DNA of 64,000 nucleotides, from the IMG/VR virus record IMGVR_UViG_3300042868_007959, positions 124,001-188,000 of that record; one strand, given 5' to 3'. This document shows, one piece after another, positions 49,593-59,444 of this stretch. Under the pieces are notes generated by a model. It did not search any database. It was not told the origin of the DNA and saw only the letters and a program-made list of their open reading frames with translations. Made by a program: the position numbers and the translations under genes. Every line of letters begins with the position of its first letter. The first letter of the stretch is position 1.

Positions 49593-49623
49593 AATACAAA
49601 TATAGTAAAAATATTTTAAAAAG

Positions 49624-52600
49624 TTAAGGTCCTGGATTAAAATAATTAATTAATGGTTCCCCATTTTTTTGTGTAAGGTTAGTTAAAACCTTTTCAAAAG
49701 TAATAAATGCATTTTCTATAGGTTTTGCATTATACTGATGAGATACCCCAATACATTTAGAATAAACGGTTGCAGAACCACTATCCAAACTAGAAAAATC
49801 ATATGCAGATTTATTATTATCTTTCAAATAATTCCACATTTTTATACTAGTTCCCATAGCAGCTACTTCTGTGTCGGATGCCACTTTAGGGTTAGTTTGC
49901 CCTAAATCTTTTAAAATATCTGTATATTGTTTCCTACCTATTACATATAAATAACCTCTAGGTTTGTATCTATATGCGTCACCTTCAAATATGTTATAGT
50001 ATTTAAGGGTTTTAATTAAATTACTTTCGTCTTTTAATAGTTTTGATAATTCTTTTTCTAATTTTTCTTTCTCAGTTTTTTCTGTGGCAATATTAATATC
50101 TAATTTAGGTAATCTTTCGTTAATTTCTTTTTTCCTATTTTCTATTTGATTGTTGATTGCGAATTCTTTTAAATCATCGTTACCTGGAATATTATATGAA
50201 ATATCATCTATACTTCCACCCGTAAAAATAGGTAGGGATAAAAGATAACCTTCAATATCTGGTGTACTTGTATTACCATAATATTTATTTTTACCTTTGT
50301 TTAATAAATCACTATTAGGGAATTGGTTTATGTATGTTTCTTTATTTTCTACACTCCATTCCATATCTTTATTTAATAAATTATTTGAATTGGATAATAT
50401 TGAAGATAAAAACATAGTTACTTGTGAATTTGTTTTTATGTTTGATCCTTGTAATAGTATTCTCGTATCATTTAGTAGTTTACCTAAAACTTCATCTGTA
50501 AATTGAGTGACCCCAATTCGTTTAAATTTATCAATTGATGTTGCATTATTACTTAGGTTATTTTCAAAATCAAATGCGTCTTTAGGGTTTAAAACACCAA
50601 TACTTAATAAACTATTTTTATTATTTAAATTAGTAAATTCTATTTTAGGTGTCTCACTACTTTCATTTAAATCGACATCTAAATCTGCAGTTATTTGTTT
50701 TGCTGGTGATGTAATATATCTAGATTGTCTTAATCCCTCAAAACTTGTAGACATTTGATTTGGTGTAATGTTATGGGTGACACTGGTGATTAAATAAGCC
50801 CCATTAAAGAATGGTACATTTTGTAAATCAAAATACATTAATGGTTGTATATTCATACAACCCATAGCCTCAACTTTGCAACTATAAGATCTAGTTTTAA
50901 ATAATTTTAATAAATCTGTCCCTACATATGACTTTTGAGTTCCACCTCTTTTATCAACTAAATCCGATATCGCTTTGAAATATTCTCCAGTCTCTCTATG
51001 TTCTTGTTGACTTAATGATACATTCTTAAAAACTGTTTGGTTTTGTGCACCAAAGGATACTCTAAATGCCACTAAAGACGATTCGTCTAGATTAATATCA
51101 CCATTTTGAGCTACCGCATCGGAAGTGGAATTTGGATCAACTAAATCTGTAGGTAAATTTCCCGTAGTCAATGAAAATCCGTCATCTTTAAAGTAGTAAT
51201 TACTCCTTTCACCAATATCTAAAGACTGAGATGCCCCACCAACATAAATACAACAAAATATCGGACCCGATGACTCATTTCTTTCTAATACTGTCTGTGG
51301 TTGAAATATCTTTGCAACTTCTTTCGCACTTTTAAAATTTATATATGTCGGTAATATCTGAAATAAAAAGTTACTATCCCTTAATAGTTTTGATATGAAG
51401 AAATATACACTAGTATTTAAATTACTCCCTAAAGTAAGAAAACTTTTTAAGTTAAAAGTCGCTTCATCACCAATGAATCTCCAACCCCTATCTATAAATT
51501 TAAAATACTCAAATAAATTTTTATCTGCTGAATCACCACATATACTAAATGAACCATCATTCCCAATCCATTTATTACTTATATTTTTAAAATAATTATA
51601 TAATTGTAACTTTATGATATTAGTACTTTTATTATCATTTTTTATCTCTTTATTTTCTTCAGTACCATTAACATTTTCTTTACCTACCTCGTTGAATTTT
51701 TTTCTAAAATTAGTAACATAATTTAAAAGAATCGATTTATCTACAACTAATCCCTTTTTAGTTTTATTCTGATCAATTTTAGTTTTATCAAAAATATCGG
51801 GATTTAATAAAATTAAATCTGTTGTTTCTATTATTTTTTGAAAGATAAAAGATTTTGCGTTCTTTTTTTCTTCTTTTGTTAATGTAGGTTCTGTTATAAT
51901 ATCTGGAATATATAATTTCATATTCCTCTCAAAAGTGCCATTTTTTGTAGAATTAAAATTATCACTATCTACCCAATTTTTAAATTTATTAATAAGGGTA
52001 TCTTTAACAGATTTAGGTAAATATATTAACTCATCTTCCAATAACTCATTATCAATTTTATCCAATGTTTTATTATCTTTTATTAATTTATATCCAATTT
52101 TATTTAGGTAACAATTAGATGGAGTACTAAATAGACTATAATTTTTTTGTGGTGTTGTTGGAAATGTTAGAGGATCAGCATTAGTTATTGATTCTTCATA
52201 TCTCCATAATAAAGCACCGATATAATAAACATAAAATTTAGGTAAGTTTATTATTCTAGCACCATCTTTTACTGTGGAATCAAAAACTGATTGTATAAAA
52301 CCTTCTTTAAAGTTTCTAAATGGAAAAGTAGATAATAATAATAATGCTCTAGAATAGTTAGATGCTTGTATATCATATAAATCTGAATATGTTAATACAT
52401 CTTCATAATCAGTAGAACTATTAGAAGCGTTTTTAAAATATGTTCTATTAAGATACGTACTGTTATATGTAGTACCACTAGGATTTATATCCTCTAATGT
52501 GGACTTGTTTAAATTTCCTAATATTTCATTATTACTAGATTTTAATATATTATTACATATATCTTTATACCAAACATTATACGAATTATATGTGGTAAAA

Positions 52601-55314
52601 TTGTTAGCACCTGAATAAAAGTTTTTGTAGAACAAAGGTCCTTTTGATTCTTTTACAGGTGGGCTAGATTTAGGATCAACCAATTTTCTGTAAGATTCGT
52701 CATCTCTTATTTCTTGAAATAATTTTTTACTATTACCTATTATTCCAGTATCATCGAATAAAATATAATCTACTTTATCTGAGAATGTTCCACTTATGGG
52801 AAAATTTCCTATTTTTTGAAACTGATTTTCTTCATTAATTGTGTAGAAATTATTATCTTCTATTATAAAATCTTTATAAAAATTAGATTTTTTAAGGTTA
52901 AATTTTTCACTATCTACTACTGGTGTATTAGGATTATTTAATTGATTTTCTATATCGATTAAAATATTTGATATTAGTAACCTAGCTTTTTCAGAAAAAA
53001 TTGTTTTATTAGCAGCAATAGATTCTAATCTAGCGTATCCATCGACATCCTTTATACCACTACTTGGAGAAAATCTACTATAATTTATTAATAATGCTAA
53101 CCTAGTAAAGAACTTTTCTACTAATTCATTACCCATTGATTGTACGTCATTGATTGAGTTAAGCCTAATCCAAGGATTAATTTTATAATCTATAGGGTTA
53201 ATCGGGAACCAGTTATCTGTATCTAAACCATTTTTTAATACACTTGCCTTAGTTACATCTTCAAGTGATTTTGTTTTACCAACTAAATTTTCAAAAACTC
53301 TTTCTACAAAATCCCACTCTGGAAAATCTGAACTATTTATCGTCAATACTTCACCAATATAAATTTCTTCTAAATCACCTTTATCGTTTTTTTGGTATAT
53401 AGAAGGCCAAGCTACACCATCAATACCTGTAGGGACATCTGTTTCATATGTTTGTAAAATAGATTGTCTATTAGTAGATTTTGATTTATCTTCCGCACTA
53501 ACACTTATATCATAAACAGTTTCAACCATTGCTTGAGTATTATTAGCGATAATTTCAAAACATTTACCAATAGTAGGATCGAACTGAACATTTAAACTTT
53601 CTCTGAAATTCTTCAAAAGTTTTTCATTTAATTCTATCTGAACTATTTCTTTCTGAATTTTAATTATCTCTTCTAAGTCTTTAATACTATCCTCAACCAA
53701 TGCCCTCTGTTTTCTAAAGTCCGCTACTAAAACATTTGAGGTTTCTAATAAATTTGTTGTAGGTGAATAAAAGTTTTTACCCTCAACTTGTTTTATAAAT
53801 TGTTGTATACTGAAATTAGTATTTATTTCAGGTCCTTTTTCATAACTAGGTTTTAATAGGTATATTGGTGAATTAGGTGTATAAAAATCGAATAATACAG
53901 ATATTAAAGTAATTGGTTCTGGTTTTAGGTTATCATTCTTTGTTGGGAAGACAATATAATTTTCCCAACTATTTTCGTCCGACCCATTATCAGTAAAAGA
54001 TTTAATTAAATCATTATCTTTAGGTGATATAATTGTTTCATTTTCTTTTATCTTTTGAGTTTTTAAAATGTCTTTTAATTTTGCACTCTCTAAAGTATTA
54101 TCAGGTTTAAATTTTACCCTTTGATCCGATTTAAGATACTCTTGATATTTTAAAATTATTGTATTAAGTGTTGAAATGAATGATTTAAATGAAGCCCTAT
54201 TTATAGAATTAAATACTATGTAGTCTCTAATAGATAAACAATTTTTATTAATAATTATTTCATCATCTTTAATTGCGGACGATTGGATTACATCATTTCT
54301 ATTTTCTAACTCTAAATAAGATTTAGTCTCTACATTTTTTTGATCACTCCCTTCACCTGATTTTTTAGGTTGTTTTGGTAATGGTGCACCAATAAAAGAT
54401 TTTATAGTTTTTAATAAAGTTAATTTACCATTTAAATCTTTTAGTAATTGGAAACTATTAAGATCGGTTTTAATAATTTCGGACTCTACTTGTAACTTAC
54501 TTATCTGAGTAAAGAAATCATCTATTTTTCTAATATCTAAATCACCTGTTTTTCTTAAATCATCTAAGGTTTTACCTTTAAGATTTGGTGAGGTTATTTG
54601 GGTATTACTATTTTCAAATATTTTATTCAGTTTATTATAACCTTCTGGTGTATTAACAACTCCAATAATATTACCTAAAACCATGTCATTTAAGAAGGCT
54701 TGTTGAAACCCTAAAAAATTTGCACTTATTTCAAAATTACCTGTAGAACCATCAAAATTAGATGTCCAATTAGTCATATGTAAACAAAAATCTACTTTTT
54801 GACCAAAGTAACCTTTTATAGATAAGTTAAATACAGGATATGGCATTTTAAAAAATATACTATACGGTGATAATCTTTCATCATCCTTTATAACATCAAA
54901 TAATGCCCCACCTCTAACATCTGTAAATGTTATGTCTACTGTTGGGACTAAACTAGAGTTATATTTAATATCTATAGATTTTATACCAAAACCTTCTAAT
55001 GCTCCCGCACTTCTACCGTCACTACCATTAAAACCACCTATGTTTGACCAATCAGTTGTCGCATATGATTTTTGTAACGCAGGATCTAATTTACCTGTTG
55101 TGTTATTATATTTTAAATTTGTAGATATGAAATGAACTTCATCTTCTATTCCTGAATTAAAATTTTTATTTTGACCTCCATATGTAACTCTACTTCTAGG
55201 GTATGCAGAAAATTTAACATATATGAATAAATCTTCAGGTGGAATTATTGACGTACCTGGTGGGTTTGGGTCAACAATAAACGCCTTACCAATCTTTTCT
55301 ACTTTTGGATCCAT
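49624..55314 (-). CDS. Baseplate hub (gp27/gpD-like) protein with C-terminal degenerate GH19-like domain
   Basis: FGIKSIDI..VDITFTDVRG; CKVEAMG..IQP..YF...FNGAYLITSVTHNI; GDAYRYKPRGYLYVIGRKQY. Confidence 0.75.
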   Translation of the reverse strand: MDPKVEKIGKAFIVDPNPPGTSIIPPEDLFIYVKFSAYPRSRVTYGGQNKNFNSGIEDEVHFISTNLKYNNTTGKLDPALQKSYATTDWSNIGGFNGSDGRSAGALEGFGIKSIDIKYNSSLVPTVDITFTDVRGGALFDVIKDDERLSPYSIFFKMPYPVFNLSIKGYFGQKVDFCLHMTNWTSNFDGSTGNFEISANFLGFQQAFLNDMVLGNIIGVVNTPEGYNKLNKIFENSNTQITSPNLKGKTLDDLRKTGDLDIRKIDDFFTQISKLQVESEIIKTDLNSFQLLKDLNGKLTLLKTIKSFIGAPLPKQPKKSGEGSDQKNVETKSYLELENRNDVIQSSAIKDDEIIINKNCLSIRDYIVFNSINRASFKSFISTLNTIILKYQEYLKSDQRVKFKPDNTLESAKLKDILKTQKIKENETIISPKDNDLIKSFTDNGSDENSWENYIVFPTKNDNLKPEPITLISVLFDFYTPNSPIYLLKPSYEKGPEINTNFSIQQFIKQVEGKNFYSPTTNLLETSNVLVADFRKQRALVEDSIKDLEEIIKIQKEIVQIELNEKLLKNFRESLNVQFDPTIGKCFEIIANNTQAMVETVYDISVSAEDKSKSTNRQSILQTYETDVPTGIDGVAWPSIYQKNDKGDLEEIYIGEVLTINSSDFPEWDFVERVFENLVGKTKSLEDVTKASVLKNGLDTDNWFPINPIDYKINPWIRLNSINDVQSMGNELVEKFFTRLALLINYSRFSPSSGIKDVDGYARLESIAANKTIFSEKARLLISNILIDIENQLNNPNTPVVDSEKFNLKKSNFYKDFIIEDNNFYTINEENQFQKIGNFPISGTFSDKVDYILFDDTGIIGNSKKLFQEIRDDESYRKLVDPKSSPPVKESKGPLFYKNFYSGANNFTTYNSYNVWYKDICNNILKSSNNEILGNLNKSTLEDINPSGTTYNSTYLNRTYFKNASNSSTDYEDVLTYSDLYDIQASNYSRALLLLSTFPFRNFKEGFIQSVFDSTVKDGARIINLPKFYVYYIGALLWRYEESITNADPLTFPTTPQKNYSLFSTPSNCYLNKIGYKLIKDNKTLDKIDNELLEDELIYLPKSVKDTLINKFKNWVDSDNFNSTKNGTFERNMKLYIPDIITEPTLTKEEKKNAKSFIFQKIIETTDLILLNPDIFDKTKIDQNKTKKGLVVDKSILLNYVTNFRKKFNEVGKENVNGTEENKEIKNDNKSTNIIKLQLYNYFKNISNKWIGNDGSFSICGDSADKNLFEYFKFIDRGWRFIGDEATFNLKSFLTLGSNLNTSVYFFISKLLRDSNFLFQILPTYINFKSAKEVAKIFQPQTVLERNESSGPIFCCIYVGGASQSLDIGERSNYYFKDDGFSLTTGNLPTDLVDPNSTSDAVAQNGDINLDESSLVAFRVSFGAQNQTVFKNVSLSQQEHRETGEYFKAISDLVDKRGGTQKSYVGTDLLKLFKTRSYSCKVEAMGCMNIQPLMYFDLQNVPFFNGAYLITSVTHNITPNQMSTSFEGLRQSRYITSPAKQITADLDVDLNESSETPKIEFTNLNNKNSLLSIGVLNPKDAFDFENNLSNNATSIDKFKRIGVTQFTDEVLGKLLNDTRILLQGSNIKTNSQVTMFLSSILSNSNNLLNKDMEWSVENKETYINQFPNSDLLNKGKNKYYGNTSTPDIEGYLLSLPIFTGGSIDDISYNIPGNDDLKEFAINNQIENRKKEINERLPKLDINIATEKTEKEKLEKELSKLLKDESNLIKTLKYYNIFEGDAYRYKPRGYLYVIGRKQYTDILKDLGQTNPKVASDTEVAAMGTSIKMWNYLKDNNKSAYDFSSLDSGSATVYSKCIGVSHQYNAKPIENAFITFEKVLTNLTQKNGEPLINYFNPGP

Positions 55315-55320
55315 TAATTT

Positions 55321-55647
55321 TTATTTTTTAATATAATAATTTATATATTTTTGTGTTTGATCAATATATTGTTGTATACTGTCTTTAAAAGGGAAGGGTA
55401 TTCTTATAATTTCACCATCAGGTATGTTTTCCTCAACACCACCATATTGTGGATTCGCTAATAATATTAACCATCCATGATAAGGATTATTATAAAATTT
55501 TTGACTCATTTTATCCAATCTAGATATTTGTGATTCATATACCACACTTTTATCCGACCCTTTAGGTGGGATTGCGATATAAGGTAATGGTAAGTATTTA
55601 CCATCAAATTTAAAACTCTGATATCTATCAAAATATTCTTTTCCCAT
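55321..55647 (-). CDS. LysM-like baseplate protein (gp53/gpX-like)
   Basis: RLDKMSQKFYNNPYHGWLILLANP...GEIIRIP. Confidence 0.85.
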   Translation of the reverse strand: MGKEYFDRYQSFKFDGKYLPLPYIAIPPKGSDKSVVYESQISRLDKMSQKFYNNPYHGWLILLANPQYGGVEENIPDGEIIRIPFPFKDSIQQYIDQTQKYINYYIKK

Positions 55648-55652
55648 TTATA

Positions 55653-58600
55653 TTAAGTTAAACCATTTTCAGTGATAGTAAATGTTTTATTTACTGTAGT
55701 TGTTTTTTTATTCTTAGAAAGATATGCGGTTACTTCAACTGAAGAGGATACACTACCCTCATATTTTTTTAATTCTTTCTCTTTATCATTAAAATCGTTT
55801 TCTGCTTTTTTTAATTGTGCGTTAGTAATTGTATTATCACCATTTACTTTTTGAGTTTTTAAAACAATATAGGCTGCCAATGCATCTTCAACTGCCTTTT
55901 TTTTCACCGTTAATGTTTCAAAATTAACTATCTTACCCTTAAATTTTGGATTTTCTTCTGAACAATCTATGTCAAATGAGGTTGCAGTATTAAGAGATGT
56001 ACCATCATCTGAAGACTTACCTACTTTTACTTTCACTACTATTGAATTGTCTGGCGATTTTTCACCATCGATTTCAATATCAGATGCTGCTTTACCGTCT
56101 TTTGTTTTCACCACTATTTTACTTGGTTTTTCTACCGATATATCTAAAACACCTGTATTTTCACTACCTTTACCGTTATCAGAATTTTCATTATCTTTAG
56201 TTTGATTAACAATACCTTCTTTTTTAAGACTATTTATATACTTGTTAAGATTTTCTTCACCAACCAATTGTTTTTTAAGTTCTCCTAATTTTATACCGTC
56301 AATAACTTTTCCTGTATTATAATCTACTTTATCTGATCTTACATCATACATTTCTGTATTTGCGTAATAATTAAATGATACTGCATTTTGTAATCTATTA
56401 AGTGGTCCAACTAATGAATGTCCACCTATATAATCAATACCTAATGATACTGTCGCAATCATAGGTTGGACACCGATGCCTTCAGGATTTAAATCCCATT
56501 GTGGTCCATCATATGTTATAGATAAACTATTAATTGCTACTTTAGTATGGAAAAAATCCCCAATCCTTAATATACATATAGGAGGTCTACCAAATGATAA
56601 ATTTTGTGGTTGTACACCTACTTCTGTACCATCTTTTTGGGTTACCCTATCATAAATACTTGGACCTTGCCTCATACACTGATTTAAAAACGTCAACCTA
56701 CTATTGAATCCTTCAGGTGTAATACTATGAAATCCAGCATGAAAATATTTTATTTTTTCTGAAATATATTTAAAATAATTTGGGTAATTTTCATCTATAA
56801 AGTCAAAATATGTCCCTTCATCTATAATTAGATTATCAATTAGTCTAATATCTTCTGGAATAGTGAAAGAACCATCGTCTTTTTCTTCCTCTTTTGGTTG
56901 GGAATCTTTAGAATTTTTTGTATCATTTTCCATTACTACATCAACTCTATATGAATTAGTATCCTCAGTAGATAATGATGAATTACCTTTAGATTCAATA
57001 GGACTTATATTAGATATTAATTTTGGATCAATGCCTGAAGATTTTAATCTACTATCAATTTCCGATTTTACTATATCCGCAAATTCTTTACTTAATTTTG
57101 TTCCGTCATCACCTGTTGGGGTACCGAAACTATCTACAGTAGCCCCTACTCCAACCCAACCATTTAATGTTATTTTTACTTTAGGGTTAGTATTACCACT
57201 TTGTTTTTCAACAAATTCTTTTATTAATGTTACTATGGAAGTTAAATCAGTTTCAGAAGGAGTTCTTTTAGCTTTACAATTTTCAGTGGATGAGTCACAA
57301 TTAACATCTTGTTCAAAAATTACTCTACCATCTTTCTTTGAACTTTCAACATCAACTTTTTTTTGTGGTTCTTTTTCTTTAATTTTCTTTTTTATTTCTT
57401 CTAAATCACTTTGAGGTACAGAACATTCTAATGCCCTTAAAAATTCATCTGGTGTAGCACAACCCGCAAAAAATCTTTCGGTTAAATTAGTACTATTTCC
57501 CCTATAACAATTAATAACTCTAGGGTGGTCAACAATTATTTTAAAACTTAATGATCCTGATCTACTTGAATTATTATATGTATATACTGGTTCACTTCTA
57601 CCGATAAAATCAGTTTTGTTCCAATTTGCGGAAGTATTCTCATCAAAAGTTAATTCATATGGAGGAAACCACATTATTCTTCCTTTGTTACCACTTAATA
57701 AATCACCAGGTCCAATTTCACTTAATGGTAAATCTGCCAAATTATCTGTCCAAGCCAAATTTTCTATGGATAACATAAATTTTTTACGTGTGGTACTTGA
57801 GTCTAATATAGAGGGGTGAATTTTCGGAATACCATTACTCATCAATACACTTTGAGATGCCTGATTATTTGACACTGAAAATCCTTGTAAGTCTATACTA
57901 GGTGAACTAAATAATCCAGTATTTCTTATAGCGTTTGCGTAACTATATCTATCGTTAACTGTCCATACTCTACAGAAATTACCATTTCCATCTATATCTA
58001 TTAAATCAAGTGTTTTAATTGCGTTACCTCTACTTATTACCCTATTTTGTTCTTTATCTTTAAAATATTTTTTAGTCTGATTTATAAAAACATCATTCTG
58101 AAAATCATTAACTAATTGTTGAGTTTTATATAATAATGTCTTCTCATTGAAATTTTGTTCCCCACCTGTTGTCCAGAAAAATTTATTATCTTCACCGAAA
58201 GGTTCACCGATACCCTCAACTGTAGTCCTTTTAGCGTTACCTGAAGTATCCACCGCACCATTAAAATCGGCACTTGTAAATTTTTTAGTTATTAAACTAC
58301 CTCTATTAGTATTTTTTTCCGTACCAACATAATATCTTGAATTTAAACCTGCGTCAGATGTACCCGCCAACCTTCTATCTTCATATAACGGTCTATAATC
58401 ATTTCTATTCATTAGATTAAATGCAAATGAAACTTGTGTCGAACTAGTTCTACTCAATAATGTATTCATTCTTATTTCAGTAGACAGAGTTGGTTCTACA
58501 CCTTCTTGTATATCTAAATCTGATTTTATTAATTCTGATCCTGATTTCGCACTACTATTGTACTCATTCCACCCAACTGCGTTATTGGGTAATGTGTTGA

Positions 58601-59258
58601 AGAATTGATCACTACCTCTTAGTTTATTAACATAATTGTCAACAATGTTCCCAATAGGTTCAGTTATAAATCCAGTTTTTTTATTGGAGTTACCTGTTTC
58701 TTCAGAAATTTGTGATATTTTATTTAAAATTGTTTTTTCTAATTCTTGTCCACCTATTAAACCTAATGAACTTTCTCTTTGGAAATTTAATGATTTATAT
58801 GTGTCAATAACATTAAAAGGAAATTTTACACCTTTTTGATCACCTTTATTAATTAGAAAAAATTGTTCTTGATTATAAAATGATGGGTAGTCATCTCTTA
58901 CTTTTTCACCAAATCCTTCAGGTAGTGGATATCCTAATTTAGGTGGATATGAAAATTCAAAAACTTCATATACATCATCTTGTGGTATATATCTATTAAA
59001 ATTAACATTTTGTGTTGTTCTATATAAATTACCTAATGGGAATAATCTTTTATTTACATCATAATGAACTGGAATATTTTCATTGGCTTCACCATTTACT
59101 GGTACACTTATAACTGTTCCAATATCCTGTAATTTAGAAACTAATCCTGATTGTGTTAATGTTTCATTAACTGGTAAAGGTAAATTTCTATTTAATAGAC
59201 TATTTCTAAATCCTTGTGTAGAATAGATACCTTTATTATAATCTAATATTCCTGCCAT
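55653..59258 (-). CDS. Tail-tube-fold baseplate/tube initiator protein with inserted OmpA-like remnant
   Basis: WNKTDFIGRSEPVYTYNNSSRSGSLSF and PPICILRIGDFF...SLSITYD..WDL...PMIATV. Late motif at 59279-59286. Confidence 0.7.
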   Translation of the reverse strand: MAGILDYNKGIYSTQGFRNSLLNRNLPLPVNETLTQSGLVSKLQDIGTVISVPVNGEANENIPVHYDVNKRLFPLGNLYRTTQNVNFNRYIPQDDVYEVFEFSYPPKLGYPLPEGFGEKVRDDYPSFYNQEQFFLINKGDQKGVKFPFNVIDTYKSLNFQRESSLGLIGGQELEKTILNKISQISEETGNSNKKTGFITEPIGNIVDNYVNKLRGSDQFFNTLPNNAVGWNEYNSSAKSGSELIKSDLDIQEGVEPTLSTEIRMNTLLSRTSSTQVSFAFNLMNRNDYRPLYEDRRLAGTSDAGLNSRYYVGTEKNTNRGSLITKKFTSADFNGAVDTSGNAKRTTVEGIGEPFGEDNKFFWTTGGEQNFNEKTLLYKTQQLVNDFQNDVFINQTKKYFKDKEQNRVISRGNAIKTLDLIDIDGNGNFCRVWTVNDRYSYANAIRNTGLFSSPSIDLQGFSVSNNQASQSVLMSNGIPKIHPSILDSSTTRKKFMLSIENLAWTDNLADLPLSEIGPGDLLSGNKGRIMWFPPYELTFDENTSANWNKTDFIGRSEPVYTYNNSSRSGSLSFKIIVDHPRVINCYRGNSTNLTERFFAGCATPDEFLRALECSVPQSDLEEIKKKIKEKEPQKKVDVESSKKDGRVIFEQDVNCDSSTENCKAKRTPSETDLTSIVTLIKEFVEKQSGNTNPKVKITLNGWVGVGATVDSFGTPTGDDGTKLSKEFADIVKSEIDSRLKSSGIDPKLISNISPIESKGNSSLSTEDTNSYRVDVVMENDTKNSKDSQPKEEEKDDGSFTIPEDIRLIDNLIIDEGTYFDFIDENYPNYFKYISEKIKYFHAGFHSITPEGFNSRLTFLNQCMRQGPSIYDRVTQKDGTEVGVQPQNLSFGRPPICILRIGDFFHTKVAINSLSITYDGPQWDLNPEGIGVQPMIATVSLGIDYIGGHSLVGPLNRLQNAVSFNYYANTEMYDVRSDKVDYNTGKVIDGIKLGELKKQLVGEENLNKYINSLKKEGIVNQTKDNENSDNGKGSENTGVLDISVEKPSKIVVKTKDGKAASDIEIDGEKSPDNSIVVKVKVGKSSDDGTSLNTATSFDIDCSEENPKFKGKIVNFETLTVKKKAVEDALAAYIVLKTQKVNGDNTITNAQLKKAENDFNDKEKELKKYEGSVSSSVEVTAYLSKNKKTTTVNKTFTITENGLT

Positions 59259-59387
59259 ATATAATATATTCTTATTATATAAATATTAGGTCAATAAAAT
59301 TCAGGAAAATTAAATAGTATTATTTATATATATTCTTGTTTTTTATTAATTAAGATATAAATTAATAGTTAAATATGCAGGTCCTTG

Positions 59388-59418
59388 TAATAATAGGAAA
59401 TTTATTTCGTAAAGTCAA
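59388..59418 (-). promoter_or_regulatory. Host-type promoter in the largest intergenic gap
   Basis: TTGACT-17 nt-TATTAT(TA). Confidence 0.55.
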
Positions 59419-59444
59419 TAGTAAAATGAAATAATTTTAAAAAA

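Noticed and set aside
59375-59434. 19-aa + strand ORF (MQVLVIIGNLFRKVNSKMK)
   Set aside because: Very short and lies over the antisense of a promoter; no independent support.
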